Part shown: positions 1-12,623 of the stretch, one piece after another
Layout of the letters: each line of letters starts with the position of its first letter
Position numbering within the stretch: position 1 is the stretch's first letter
Assembly: GCF_001194135.2 (NCBI RefSeq)
Contig: NC_068989.1
Coordinates: forward strand, 2,800,886 to 2,864,885
DNA from: Octopus bimaculoides
Taxonomy: Eukaryota
Direction: 5' to 3'
DNA: 64,000 nt
Translations under genes and position numbers: made by a program
The notes under the pieces: model-generated
Databases searched by the model: none
What the model was told of the DNA's origin: nothing
The model's input: the letters and a program-made list of their open reading frames with translations, nothing else

Positions 1-109
1 GTCTTCGTATTCCACAAATCACATATTTGTACATACATGCTGCACCGTTGGTTTTTTTTTTCCGGAGTTTCCATGAATGTTCTTTGGACATCGTAAGGCA
101 GAACAGCGT

Positions 110-390
110 TGAGTTTTGTTTTATGTCTTCATTTAACTGGCTGATTCTTCAACTCCATCGAAGACCAATTCATCAGCTTTTTCAGAATCTGACGCAGTGC
201 TGGATTATCATCAACCCTATTAAGTGCTATTTTGGGGAATTCTTTCCTTGACTCTTCTCTGTGATTTCATCAATGGTGACGGGACCCGATTACTCAGCTC
301 TTGTATCACTTTGTCAGCTGAAGGAATTTCTGGGACTGGTCAACTTTTAGCGGTGTTTTATTCCCCTTTGTACTTGTGACAGGAACATTG
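110..390 (+). mobile_element. Degenerate Ty3/gypsy reverse transcriptase fragment
   Basis: Peptides HQLFQNLTQCWIIINPIKCYFG and QLKEFLGLVNF*RCFIP resemble the gypsy RT motifs NPxKCxFG and FLGxVNxYRRFIP; stops and frameshifts present. Confidence 0.55.
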
Positions 391-1077
391 ACAGCGTTCG
401 TAAACACCGTCTCTCTACATACGAACTGAACTTGATTCATTCCATTCAGACATAAAATCAAGTTTAAACTATCCAAACATGACTTTGTCAGGGACTGATG
501 AAGTCGACAAACAATTAGCCATTTAGGTCTCTGGTGGAAATATGAATAACGTTTTTTTATCAGTGGATTCGCTGACCGACGAAAACACAACAGACCCAGC
601 AGATTCTCAACTCATTAAAATCCAGTTGTTTCAATTTTAGGGGATAAATAATATATTGGAATGTCAGTAATATTTCCCCGTAGCCTGACACGTTTTTTCG
701 TGCAAGGCGCTCGAAACGGACAACTATGCTTTTATGATGTACATTTACCACATGTCAACACATACACACATGCACGCGCGCACACACAGTTTCATCACCA
801 TCATCATCCTTTAACGTCTGTTTTCCATGCAGGCATGGGTTGATCCTTTCAAAAGGCTTTGGTCAACCTGGGTCTATAGTAGAAAATACTCATCCAAGGT
901 GCCACACGCATTAATAAATCAAGTTATATCCATGGCAGGTTCAACTGACACCCATCCAAGCTTTCAATGGTTCTCCATTATTATTAATAGCACTGCGCAA
1001 CAGGTTGTAAGCTGTTTGTCTGGTTGAAGGGTGGGAAAAATCACTGTTAAAGTTCCTGTTACCAAAACTTTCAAAAG

Positions 1078-1276
1078 CAGTAGTTCTCAACCATTTTAAT
1101 AACTGGGTCAGATCCAAAACCTGGATTTTTTTCAGTGGGCCTCACCAAAAAAATAAATAAATAAATAAAAAAGAAGTAAAACAAGGCAATTAAAGAAACA
1201 TTTATTATGTTTAATGGGAGAAGACCATTGAGGGCTGCTAGAAGACTGCTTGAAGGGCCGTGGATGAGAACTGCTG
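1078..1276. mobile_element. hAT-like MITE
   Basis: Termini cagtagttctcaac ... gatgagaactgctg (CAGTGGTTCTCAAC-type TIR). Confidence 0.55.
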
Positions 1277-1401
1277 TTCTATAGAGTCAATCAATGCAAG
1301 TGTGAAATATTGCTATAAATCTAATCATAAGTAATGTTAAAACATCTTTTAATTTTCAATTGACACCAATTCTTAACTCTTACTAGTTTTGTTTTTTTCT
1401 G

Positions 1402-1747
1402 TGGAGGCACACAGGCCCAGTGGTTAGGGCAGTGGAATCACGGTTGTAGGATCGCAGTTTCGATTCCCAGACCAGGCGTTGTGAGTGTTTGAGTGAAAAC
1501 ACCTAAAGCTCCATGAGGCTCCAGCAGGGGGTTGGTGGCGAACCCTGCTGTACTCTTTCACCACAACTTTCTCTCACTCTTTCTTCCTGTTTCTGTTGTA
1601 CCTGTAATTCAAAGGGCCAGCCTTGGCACACTGAATCTCCCAGAGAACTACGTTAAGGGTACACGTGTCTGTGGAATGCTCAGCCACTTGCACATTAATT
1701 TCATGAGCAGGCTGTTCCATTGTCGTTGTAACTGATGGAGTGCCACA
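1402..1747 (+). mobile_element. tRNA-derived SINE, near full length
   Basis: A-box (cccagtggttag) and B-box (gtttcgattccc) head followed by a non-tRNA body. Confidence 0.75.
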
Positions 1748-2039
1748 ATTGTCAGTTTTAATAGCAGATAAATTTTTAATGTTTAATTTCTTTTCGACTT
1801 GATTTTTTTGTTTTTCAAAGCATCTACAATTCCAAACTCCCAGCATCAGTTGTTAGTTGCCAAGACATTGCATCCTTTAAAACCTCCATGCTTCCTGAAA
1901 TTCCCAACACTACACCTGGTATGCACCCCCACTCCATACGTATGCACACCTGTATATCATGACTCATACACTGTTCACCTTCCTGGCTTTTGTACATAAT
2001 TCTATGTACTGCACATGCACCTTTGATGAGTTGTGCATT

Positions 2040-4301
2040 AGATGAACAATATTATACACCCAAGCAAGCATCCTCAATGAAATTTATAACCATCACAATA
2101 TTATGAGTGCATTTCAAAAGAAAACAAAAACAAAAATAAATATATATATATATTTGAAGGCTAATTCCAAATATTTTATTTTTCTAAGATTAATGAATTA
2201 ATAAAAAAAAAAAAAAAAAATTAAAAACAGGGTAATTCATAATTTTTTTTTAAAAACCCTGCATTCAATTCCTTTGGCTGTACATCACAAAATATATATG
2301 TATGCATGGAATTTCTCCTTTTAAATTCTAAATATAGATGTAAGTATATATATATGCATAATTATACACACACACACACACACACAGACAGTGAGAGAAA
2401 AAGCTTTTTTTTTTTCTGTTTATACATTTCATATACAAATTTATTATCTCTCTTCAAAAATTTACTAAATAGTTAAAACTATATATATATATATATACAC
2501 ACACATATATATATTAGTTGCATCACCAAATTAGTGGCATGGCATATTAACAGCCACTAGAACTAACAATGTTCCCCATTTTGGAAGAAGCTTAGATTCT
2601 CTTTGAGCTGCCTAAATCAAGTAAAATACATCCAAAAAAGGCAAATGTCTTTTGGCAGCTGCTAATGAGTTAGAAAACTAATTTTTTTCAAGGGAAGAAA
2701 TATTCTATTTCAGAAATATACAATGTGAAATAACTGTTTATTTACATTTACATTAAAAAAAAAGTATAAGAAACACTTCATTCAATTTAATATCACTAGA
2801 ATAAATTGTTTAAATGTATTTTTGATGCCCTTAATCAGTTTTCATTTCTATTGAAAAGTGTGTGTGTGTGTGTGAACAAGCATTTACCTAATCATTAATT
2901 AAAGAATGAACAGAATTGCTCAAATTCTGAAGATCTCCCAAATCAAGGTGTATCAAAAAAAAAAAAAGAATTAAAGAATATCTTGATTTGTCACTTATTT
3001 TAATGTTTGTATATATATATTTTTATTGTTATTTTATATATCTTAACAGAACAATCAAAGTAAGGTATTTTGTACCAACATTTATTTCCCCAAAAATGTT
3101 CCCACTTTATTAAAAGTGACAGAATTAGAAAAAAACCAATGTTGCTGGCAGAAACGGTAAAGTGCTGCACATAATAATGCCTGGCAGGATTTAGCCTCAT
3201 TCCTTTTGTTCAGAGTCTAGATTTTACCAAAGCCAAACTTTCTTTCCATTATTTCAGAATTAATAAAATAAGTGACAGTCAATTACTAGAATTGATGAAA
3301 TCAATTACACGTCTCCCCTCCAATAGAAATAAAAAATGGTTAAAAGTCATTATCTGATAAATTAATACATTAATTTTGTGCTAATTAGTTTTGATTGGCT
3401 GCAGGGAAATAATTTCTTTTGAAGAAATTTAGAAGTTTGACTTGAACCCAGTGTATTACTGGTGGTTGTTTTATCAATCTTCTCTTTCTTGAGGAATAGA
3501 AAATGGAATTTAGTTTTGGTTGGATCTGATTTTTGAAATGCATTCTTCCTCCATACACTTATCTTAAAAACCATCTCTGTTATGTTAATCAATGATGTCA
3601 CATGACAAAGTCCACAAATCTAAACTGCTTCCACTTTGCAAATGTACTTTACAACCAATCCTAAAGTTTACATAAAAAAAAATCCAGAAAAGTTTTGAAT
3701 TTCATCAGAAATATTAAATGTTGAAATAACCTTCATTACCATATGTGATTAAGATTAAGAAAATGGCTTATGGCATGTGGGAAAATTTGGAAAAGGGAGA
3801 TCATCAGTCTGTTGATGTTTTTGTAACTGATTTAAATGTCAGAGTTTAAGAATTTATAAATATGTATTTAAAAAACAATAAGACATACACACACACACAC
3901 TTTTTTTCAGTTAAAAAAAAAAAAAAAAAAAAAATCAAAAACAATTTTTTGCTGTTTTGTTCTGTTCAGCAGTATATAGTTGAACACTGTATCAATACTT
4001 TTCCTGAATAATATTAATGACATCCCTGTCTTGATTAAAGCTAGTATGGGAAAAAAAATTATATATATATATATACATATATATATACACATATATACAT
4101 ATACATATATATACATACACACACAAATCCAGATATCACATTTGCCAATAAGAATAATAGTTTTTTTATCAGTACCAATTATAAGATGAAGTAAGAAACG
4201 TTCATTTATGTAGTTCATACCACAACTGTCAGAATATAAATTTGGTCTCGTATTACAATACCACAGTACTGCTGCCAGCATGAAACAAATCTGTTAAGTC
4301 C
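2040..4301 (-). other. Candidate long 3' UTR of the AMPK gamma gene
   Basis: Minus-strand U-rich tracts, (TA)n/(TG)n runs, no recognisable transposon, downstream of the candidate stop. Inference only. Confidence 0.3.
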
Positions 4302-4363
4302 TCAACTTGGACAAGTTTCTTTGCTGCTATTTCGTGTAAATAATCTTAATGTGTTTATTTGAT
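4302..4363 (-). CDS. PRKAG: Candidate terminal coding exon (D)QINTLRLFTRNSSKETCPS*
   Basis: Acceptor gtatttccatcag in phase 1, compatible with the 10297 donor; followed by long U-rich UTR-like sequence. No homology support. Confidence 0.4.
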
Positions 4364-5033
4364 CTGATGGAAATACCTCCCTCACACTTAAATAACAAAC
4401 TTAAAAGCTGCAATAGACATTTGAGCAAATATGTTTCTTCTGTTAGATTTTTACATTCATCATCTGATGATTGAAATTAAAAAGCATTTAGAAGATGCTT
4501 TGATTTTTTTTTTTGTTCCTCTACAAAAATATACCCTTTTGTTGACATATAAGAAGCAATTACAGAAAAGAAAAAAAATCACCCCCAGGTCCTATCAAGT
4601 TGAACTTCCCATAAGTCTTAAAGCACTAAAAACTTTTTTGTCCAGAATATCTGCTACTGAAATTGCGGTGTTTCTAATATGCCCATGTGTCTTTTGTGCC
4701 ACAAAATGCAATACTTTTAAAGTACATTTTTAATATTATTCTTTTACATTATTATTATTCTTTCACAAACTATTTATATGTTATTTTTTTATGGTTTAGT
4801 AAGAAGCAGTGATTCAGAATATTGGTTTGCTTTCAAACCCAAAACCTGATACCAAAGATGACGCTGAACTAAACAATACATTATGTCTACCACTCCCAAA
4901 GAGGTGCTTTATTTGACAGCTTATCCGGTACATCACCTTACAAGGTTCACTTGAATTTTAAAACAACCTTTCTAAAGAAAATTAAAAAAGAACTTTCATT
5001 TGATATTCACAGTTCTCACTATTGTCAGACCAT

Positions 5034-5238
5034 TTAAACCTTTTTGCATTTAAACTGGCCAAAATATTCTGTCTTATGTTCAAACTGGCCAGATATGGGC
5101 CCCCTTACAATTACCATAGAATATCATTCTAAAAATTAACAGCTACCTCATAAAATTCTGAAAGCTATGAGAAAATGCATGATTAATTCAAAATAACAGG
5201 AATAAACAAGCATCACTTTGACAATGCTAAAAGATTAA
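5034..5238 (+). mobile_element. piggyBac-like MITE (family also at 21217-21430 and about 33640-33830)
   Basis: TTAA-like flanks and degenerate ccTTTAGCATT...AATGCTAAAgg termini; internal similarity to the reverse complement of the 21.2-kb copy. Confidence 0.5.
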
Positions 5239-5833
5239 AGTTTTGATGAGTTCAGATCCATTATACTAACACTTTAATCCTTTCCATACTATGTTTCAAG
5301 TTAAAATACATCACTGACACAATGTAGCTAAATTCTGAAATAAATGTTAATTAAAATGGTTTTATAAGACAACTATAACTTAAATTTATTGATATATCAA
5401 AGTGATGTTTCACACAAGAACTTAAAAAACTTTTTACAAGAATCTTTTATGGAATTTTGTCTCAAAACTATGAATTACAGTTGAATATAGGTAAAATATA
5501 AAGTATATTTTGTTTAAATATCTCCCTATAAATTAAGTTAGTAGCCAATGCGACATCATACTATATAGCTTAATAAATAACTGATAGCTTCAAGCTAATA
5601 AAATGTAGAGCTATAAAACACCAGCTGTTCTCTATTTTCCTCTTGCCTAGTGCTCCTATATATATATATGTATGTATATATATATATATATACATACAGA
5701 GAGAGAGAGAGAGAGAAAGAATACTGTTGTCTAAGAATCCATACACCAGAAAAAATATACAATTGTATATTTGTCAATAAAGTGGGTATATATTAAGTAT
5801 ACAGTATTATAGATCCATTACAGATGATCTTAC

Positions 5834-5924
5834 CAACTAGTTTCACACAGGATATTAGGTCATCAGATGATCCAATAACTGTGCTCGTCAGAGATGGCCA
5901 GTATGGAACCAATGACAACTAGTA
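5834..5924 (-). CDS. Candidate cassette exon giving an alternative C-terminus (V)LVVIGSILAISDEHSYWII* (stop 5863-5865)
   Basis: GC-richer island with a strong donor TTG|gtaaga and a weak acceptor tcaatag; phase-1 entry gives 19 codons then TGA. Confidence 0.25.
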
Positions 5925-8900
5925 CTATTGATAACTTTATATATATAAATAAATACTATCAATATATATGTGGTTGCTTAAGAAAACAGCAATAACACTA
6001 TAAAGCAGTTTTGTGAGAGAAATATTTGCAGTTCATTTTACAAACCATTGAAATAATTGAACCACTGCTTGCACCACAAACCCTGACCTGTTTATAAGGT
6101 GCAAGTTAATTTCCTGGGCCATTTTGTTGGTTTAAAAAAATATTCACCTTTTAAGCCACCAAATTTAGTATTGTCAATCTGATGGGCCTCTACGATTTCA
6201 ATCTGTCCAATTTCACTCACAGGGCTTAGGTTTAGGTGGGCGTAGGAGAGAAGGGGTGCGGGCTGGGGGGTATATTTTGTATCTAAACAATGTAGTGTGT
6301 ACACTGGAATGCGTGAAAGTTAAAATTTATAATTAAAAAAGACAAAGCATTTAAGCAAGATATTCCATGATTTGATTTCTAAAAATTTTGTGCTGTTTTA
6401 ATATGTATTGAGACATAATTTTTTAATAAGTGTTAGTATTCTTAATAACGTTACTAATACGGATAGTAAATTATAATTTAAAAAAGAAAAAAAAACTTTC
6501 TTCTGTCTTTTCAAGCATAAGTACAGATGTTTTGAATTACGGTGTGTGTGTGTGTGTGTGAATACACACACACACACACACCAGAGTGCTGAACCATTCA
6601 TGATATGGTACCACAAGACGTAAAATGGAAGAGTCAAACCAATCTGCCTAGGAAGTGTCTTTGTTTACTAAATCAAAATCATTTCCAAGAACTCAATGGA
6701 AAAATAAAAGACATTGAATGTTTTAGGAAGAATGTATTCCTAAGTTGTCTTTATTCTTAGCAGAATCAATCCCAGAGAGAGAGAGAGAGAGATGAAAGAA
6801 TACAGACTCTGCTTAGATATGAGCTTAAGACACAGAGGGATGAAAGTAAATCCAATAATAGTCTGGTACCATTTGTTTTGCTTCTGCCTTCGACATCAGT
6901 TTGAAATCTTTAACAGAAGATTTAAGCAAATTCAGATTATATCACAGTTAGATTATTAGGTGATTAACAAACCAACAAAAACAAAAAAAAACTCAATTTT
7001 ATGAATTACAGGAGGTATTAAGCCTCAGCTTAAATATAGCCACGATGAAGACACTCCAGCCATGACCAACCTGTTTATGTTGTTTACTACTTCTAGTAAG
7101 ACATTAACCAATTAGAAGACCTTCCTATGAAGATAGGATGGAATTTAAAGGAGATTTAGCTGCTATTTCTTGCAGAGGAGTTACCTTGTTAAAGCACAGA
7201 AGTTTGTCAGACTGGGTGTTTAAACCCAGTTCTTGTGGGGTCATCAGACAGGATTTCAAATCTCCCCGACAGGATGCTAGTCCACCCCAAGTCTGTTTTG
7301 CTGAAGGCCTGGAAGCTATAATAATCCAAGCAGGTAAACTGAGAGGAATAGAATCAGTGGTCTTATCCACAGACACAGATATACAATACTTAATGATAGA
7401 AGAACTTGTGATCCATGGCTTAGTAGTCCCCTACCTTATCCAGCTGATTATTTTTGGGTGTAGAATTTGAAGTGAAATACATCAGTACTTGTTGCATGAG
7501 ATAATCATAGGTAAAACTTAGGACCAGGAAAGGAAATATTAAAAGTCAAAAATAAGTTCATAACATATCTAAGTCTGACGTAAATCAATTAGATTTGATA
7601 AATTATGTCTTCTGACAGTGTTCGTTAAACTAATTTCTTAACTGAGCTTGGTTAAGTTAGCATTTTGCTACAAACAGACTGAATATAATTTTGGTTCTTA
7701 ACAACAATGCATTGGCAACTTTAGCTGTGATAATAATTTATGTTATGATTATTATTGACATTTGAGATTAATAGATTACAGCCAACAAAAATACAAATGG
7801 CTAAATTTAAATCCAGATAAGTTTGTTAAAATATCAAATACTTGTTTTCAATACCAGATATCTTTTCCATATTCAGCACTAGCTTCTTACAGTGATAATT
7901 AAAAAAAGACAAAGAAGACAATCTTTGTACAATTCAATATGATAACATTTTCCAAACACGCATGCACACATCCACAACAAATCACTCAGTTTTTTTAAAG
8001 TATTCTTAGATGAAAGTTAGAGAATGTTAAAGATGGCGAATCCCATAGTCAGTATTCTGTGATGGTGTCAATGAGTTGTTCCACTAACTACAAACGATGA
8101 CTGTTTATTAAAATATGAAGGCACATGTACGTCAACTGGAAATTAATTGTAAACAATTGATTTTTATGTATTCAACACTGCATAACAGAAAAACTGAGTC
8201 TAAAAAAAAGTCTTGTATAGATAAGGAGTATATGTATAACTGAATATATACATACATACATACATACATATATATATACACACACACACACATATATATG
8301 CATGTATGTATCTTAAAAAAGATACACAATAGAACCAATATTAAATGTATCACAATTTTGATTCATAATAAAGTAATATTTTCTTATATATAGTAAAATT
8401 ATTCAAAAAGATTAGCTATTCAAAAAAAATGTAAATTTTCAATTTATTCTTTACATTTTTTTTAACACTGAAGTTTTTGGTACTGTCAGTTTATCTGAGA
8501 AGAATGTATTTCACAAGAAACTAGTTGTAGTTCTAAGACTTATTGTTATTTATGATTTTAACTTTCATTCTGGATTTAAAAGAAATTCTATAGAGAGCCA
8601 TTTGTGATGGTTTGTGGATTAAACATTCTGGTAGCAATACATTTTGTGGTATCAAGAGTGGCACAGAGTGGTAGTCGAGAATCATGTCAAGATTTTCTTG
8701 TTAACTGTGCAAAACATTAACTGTAAGTCAAATTGAAAGACAATTACAAGAAATCTTGTAGAAAAAGAGATAAAAGTGTCTCCAAGATTTTTGAAAAAAA
8801 AAAAAAAAATTGTGCAACGACCCGATTGCTTAAATAGTTAAGCTAGGTGTAAGCTAGGCCACTACTGTTTGATAGGTAAACAGAATCCCTCAAAGACGAG

Positions 8901-9470
8901 AGAAAGTGTACACAGGTTTTCTGGGATTGAGACAATATTAGTTACAATTTGACTGGGAACAGACAACAGTGAAATATGGCCAAGACCCAATCATTTCAAC
9001 TTTAGTAAGTAAGCACTAGCAGACTTGTGTGCAAATCCTCAAAATCTCAGTTGTCCCCTTTTCCCACCATCTTTCTAGTAGAATACATGTTGCACTAGGA
9101 TGGATGATGGTTAAAATGGATGGATTGATTAAAAGAAATGAATGCAGAGAAATCAGTCCTGTTTGTTGGGATCCAAACCTGAAAAAAATCAAAAAAAAAA
9201 GATCCCTGATTAAAACTAATATCTTGTTAGATAAAGAAATAGAGAAGACAACTGAAACACAGATGAAAGAAAAGACTAGGAAGGAATATCACAGGTGTAT
9301 TAGGTTAATAATCCGTAAGTGAGTATGAATTTCAAGAAGACCCATTCTACTCACGAAGACCTACCTACTACAGCAGCATCGTTAATGTTCCTGTCACATA
9401 AAAAGGCCCCGTGCTGGTACCATGTCAAAAGACACCAGTGCCAGCGTCATTTAAAAAGCCACCTTTTGCT

Positions 9471-9622
9471 GGTGCCACACAAGGAGAGCGCTTGTGCCGC
9501 TGCCGCACAAAGAGAGCGCATGTAACAGTGCCACACAAAGAGAGCGCTTGTGCAGGTGTCACACAAAGAGGGTGCTTGTACCGGTGCCCACAAAGAGGGC
9601 ACTTGTGCCGGTGCCACATAAA
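9471..9622. repeat. Tandem repeat of about 28 bp (GTGCCACACAAAGAGAGCGCTTGTGCCG), about 5 units
   Basis: Directly visible units inside a SINE-like body. Confidence 0.8.
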
Positions 9623-9629
9623 CTATCAA

Positions 9630-9900
9630 ACTATCTGATGTGGCGTACCAGCATTTTTTTTTCAATGTGCCAGGTAATATTTCTTAGTAATATTAATTTA
9701 TACCGGAAACAATATATATAATGAATATAATAAAAGTTGACAATTTTTTTTTTATCTTATATTTATTTTGTAAATAAATAATACAATATTACATAAGCAT
9801 TTTATAATGTTTCTTTCTTTTCTGGAAACTTGCCACGTACCAGCAGCTGATGGCTTGCGGACTGGTGCCAGTCTGTGGACCATCACTTTGAGTACCACTG
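9630..9900 (-). mobile_element. hAT-like MITE, truncated at one end; inverted copy of 22076-22357
   Basis: Reverse complement aligns with 22076-22345 over about 270 nt; TIR end gagtaccactg. Confidence 0.75.
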
Positions 9901-10296
9901 CTTTATGTAACTAGAAAAATATAAAGTATTTATTGTAGAACTAAAAAAATATCTAATTAAGAATTTACACGAAACTTAGACACAGCTACAAATTATAAAC
10001 ATTACATTAAACAGTTTTCTGTCTTAGAGGCTGAAATGATGAGGCAGTTGTAAAGAAAGTAAAATTGTGAAAAACTAAAAACTATACTAAAACAGGGTAA
10101 AGAATGCCATGCTAGAGCAATGGTAAAAATAAACCCTCTATCTGGTTAATATTGCCCAAAAAAAAAAAAAAAAAAAAAAAAAGGCCCCAAAAGCTGAATA
10201 GAAAACAAAGAGAAACAATATAATTGAAAACCTCTCCATGTTCATAAAGCAGGGAGAAAGTTAAATGTAAATAGAAAAAAATAATTCATATTTTAC

Positions 10297-10390
10297 CCAT
10301 TGGATTAAGAACTAAGAAAGTGAGTAGATCGGATAAAGACAGAATTCCCTTGACGTGATCTTCTTTATCAACAACCACAAGCCGATGAAC
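10297..10390 (-). CDS. PRKAG: AMPK gamma exon VHRLVVVDKEDHVKGILSLSDLLTFLVLNPM, CBS4; either spliced in phase 1 or read through to GKI* (TGA at 10286-10288)
   Basis: ttttcag acceptor; VHRLVVVD and LSLSD motifs; ATGG|gtaaaa donor, with an in-frame stop 3 codons later. Confidence 0.95.
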
Positions 10391-10589
10391 CTGAAAATGT
10401 AATAAATATTGAAACTTATTAAGAAAAGTTAACTCAGAAATAGATATTGTTTATGTATTTTAAGAGGAATTAAAAAATAAAAAATCCACACCATGTCAGT
10501 TTATTAACTGTTGATAAAATATTCAAAGAATTTGGTAGATTTTGAAAATAATTAAAATATAATTACATAAATATAAATGAAACAACATA

Positions 10590-10826
10590 AAGCACTTATG
10601 GCACCTGTGCTGGTGGCATGTAAAAAGAACCATTTGAGCGTGGCTGGCATCTGTGCCAGTGACATGTAAAAAGCACCCACTACACTCCTGGAGTAGTTGG
10701 CATTAGGTAGGGCATCCATCAGTAGAAACCTTGCCAAATCAGATTGGAGTGCAGCCTCCTGGCTTGCCAGTCCTCAAACTGCCCAACCCATGCCAGCATG
10801 GGAAGCAGACATTAAACGACGACGAC
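10590..10826 (+). mobile_element. SINE/RTE-tail repeat ending ccaacccatgccagcatggaa...(gat/gac)n
   Basis: Same motif recurs at about 20690, 25840, 32250, 42860 (minus) and about 47790, 55570 (plus). Confidence 0.75.
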
Positions 10827-11331
10827 AATATACCATAGCAACATATGAATGGATGCTCTCCCCAACACCAACCACTGTACAGTATATAGTAAGTGCTTTT
10901 TGTTGTGCCACCAACACAAGTGACACTATCGTACAGATTTACAGGACTATGAACTTTGAAAGAGTCCCTTTACACAAGGTGACAAAGGCTAAAAAGTATG
11001 TGAGAAGGGGCCAGAGCAGAGTAGTTTTCTTGATGTAGAGGAGCTACATAAATACTGTGATTTTGAGGTAATTTTTGAAAAATTTGTTCCAAGGTCATTT
11101 TAATTTCTTTGAGATTCTTTTAATTTGCTTTAAGATTATTTTAATTCACTTTCAGCTAAAGAAGCTTCATCATTCTAGAAGTCAGTATGGCTAATCAGCA
11201 ATGGCCAAGTATTTCTCATTTTGGAAAAGTTACACTTGCATCAGAATAATATATCAGAATAACAGGGACTGATTTACAGTTCTATATTTAAGAGACATTC
11301 TCATTCTTAAGGTATTTTTCGATGTTATCAT

Positions 11332-11444
11332 AATTATTATTATTATTCAGGTCACTGCCTGGAATCGAACTCGGAATCTTGGGGTTAGTAGCCTGCGCTC
11401 TTAACCACTACGCCATATGCCCACGGGCATATGGCGTAGTGGTT
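11332..11444 (-). mobile_element. tRNA-like short element with (AAT)n tail and a 20-bp perfect inverted repeat at its head
   Basis: Minus strand reads gggcatatggcgtagtggttaagagcgc...gagttcgattcc (A/B boxes); arms 11403-11422 and 11425-11444 are exact complements. Confidence 0.7.
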
Positions 11445-11515
11445 TACAGGACTATTAACTTTAATTAACTCTAATGTTAATTAAAGTAGAATAATATGGT
11501 TGCAATCTAACTTAC

Positions 11516-11590
11516 CTCAGCCATCACAAGTCTTTCTATTATTATGTTCAAGGTTTCGGTATTCTGACATTTAACAACACCTTCAAATCC
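11516..11590 (-). CDS. PRKAG: AMPK gamma exon GFEGVVKCQNTETLNIIIERLVMAE
   Basis: 75 nt; GAG|gtaagt donor; FEGVxKC...ETL motif. Confidence 0.97.
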
Positions 11591-11827
11591 CTACCAAAAA
11601 ACAGAAAAAAAAAAACAAAAATTCAGTTTTTCAAAAAAATGAAAATGTACATTTATTATAATATTTTTGAAGAATGTCAGTGAAAACTATAGACAAATTT
11701 ATTACTCAGTCTCATAATTTTCTCAATTCTGAAGAAAATTTACAAATTATTTTTATGGTTTTAGAGCCGTTAGAATCAGTGTTTGGGAAAAAGAAAAAAT
11801 TCTTTGCAATTTGTTTCAACTCTTTAT

Positions 11828-12065
11828 ATTCTGAGTTCGAATTCCACCAAGGGCAGTCTTTGCTTTTCCTTGATCCAAGGTTTATTAAATAAAGTACCAG
11901 TCAAATACTAAAGCCTGGTGGTATCAACTGACCCCTCCACTAAAAGCTGCAGCCCTTGTGCCTTTCGGGGTCGATAAATTAAGTACCAGTTGCATACTGG
12001 GGTCAATCTAATCGACTGGACCCTGCCCCTAGAAATTTCGGGCCTTGTGCCTAGAGTAGAAAAGA
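11828..12065 (+). mobile_element. SINE with aagtaccagttg...tactggggtc...atcgact core
   Basis: Core motif recurs at 14008-14215, 16336-16737, 24690-24850, 48860-49035 and 57700-57890. Confidence 0.7.
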
Positions 12066-12120
12066 ACCTCAGCTTTGCTATGATGGGCAGACCTTCTTGA
12101 ACACAGCATATCATTTATAG

Positions 12121-12316
12121 TAGTGGTTCTCAACCACTTTTTGCCTGTGGATTCCTTCGATTCTTATTTCACTCTAATGGACACCCATACCCATTTGAGG
12201 TTCTAAATAAGTCCCATTATATTTTTGTAATTGGATATCATCAGGAATTGTATAAAAAGAATTGTCAGAATATTTCATGTCTTGTAGCTTACATGGTCCC
12301 CAGTTGAGAACCACTG
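12121..12316. mobile_element. hAT-like MITE with near-perfect 8-bp target-site duplication
   Basis: TIRs tagtggttctcaac / gttgagaaccactg; flanks ATTTATAG / AGTTATAG. Confidence 0.75.
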
Positions 12317-12467
12317 AGTTATAGGATACATCACTTCAGTCCTAATAGAACACACAGGAACCCAAAGCAAATTTTCCATAATGAAAATAGAATTCTTTAA
12401 GAAAAAAAAAAGTCTTTTTACAGAGTAATTTGAATATGAAAATAATGTGATGCAAGGCAATACTTAC

Positions 12468-12539
12468 AGCTGTTCTATGTTCTAAAGCTTGAGATATTGT
12501 AACATCTAAATTATTGTATGTCTTTTCAGCAGCAAGATT
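12468..12539 (-). CDS. PRKAG: AMPK gamma exon NLAAEKTYNNLDVTISQALEHRTA
   Basis: 72 nt; poly-T acceptor, gtaagt donor; NLAAEKTYNNLD signature. Confidence 0.98.
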
Positions 12540-12623
12540 CTGTAAAAAAAAAAGGTAAGAATTATTTGAAACATATCATGGAACTGGAGAATATTGTAGT
12601 TCGCTTGAAGCATTGTGTATTGT

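Noticed and set aside
1402-1480. tRNA gene-like heads (also at 11350-11424, 57620-57685, 58630-58710)
   Set aside because: They have A/B boxes but no convincing acceptor stem and continue into repeat bodies, so they are SINE heads.
7138-7470. 110-aa plus-strand ORF
   Set aside because: No recognisable domain or splice context; antisense to a possibly degenerate retroelement.
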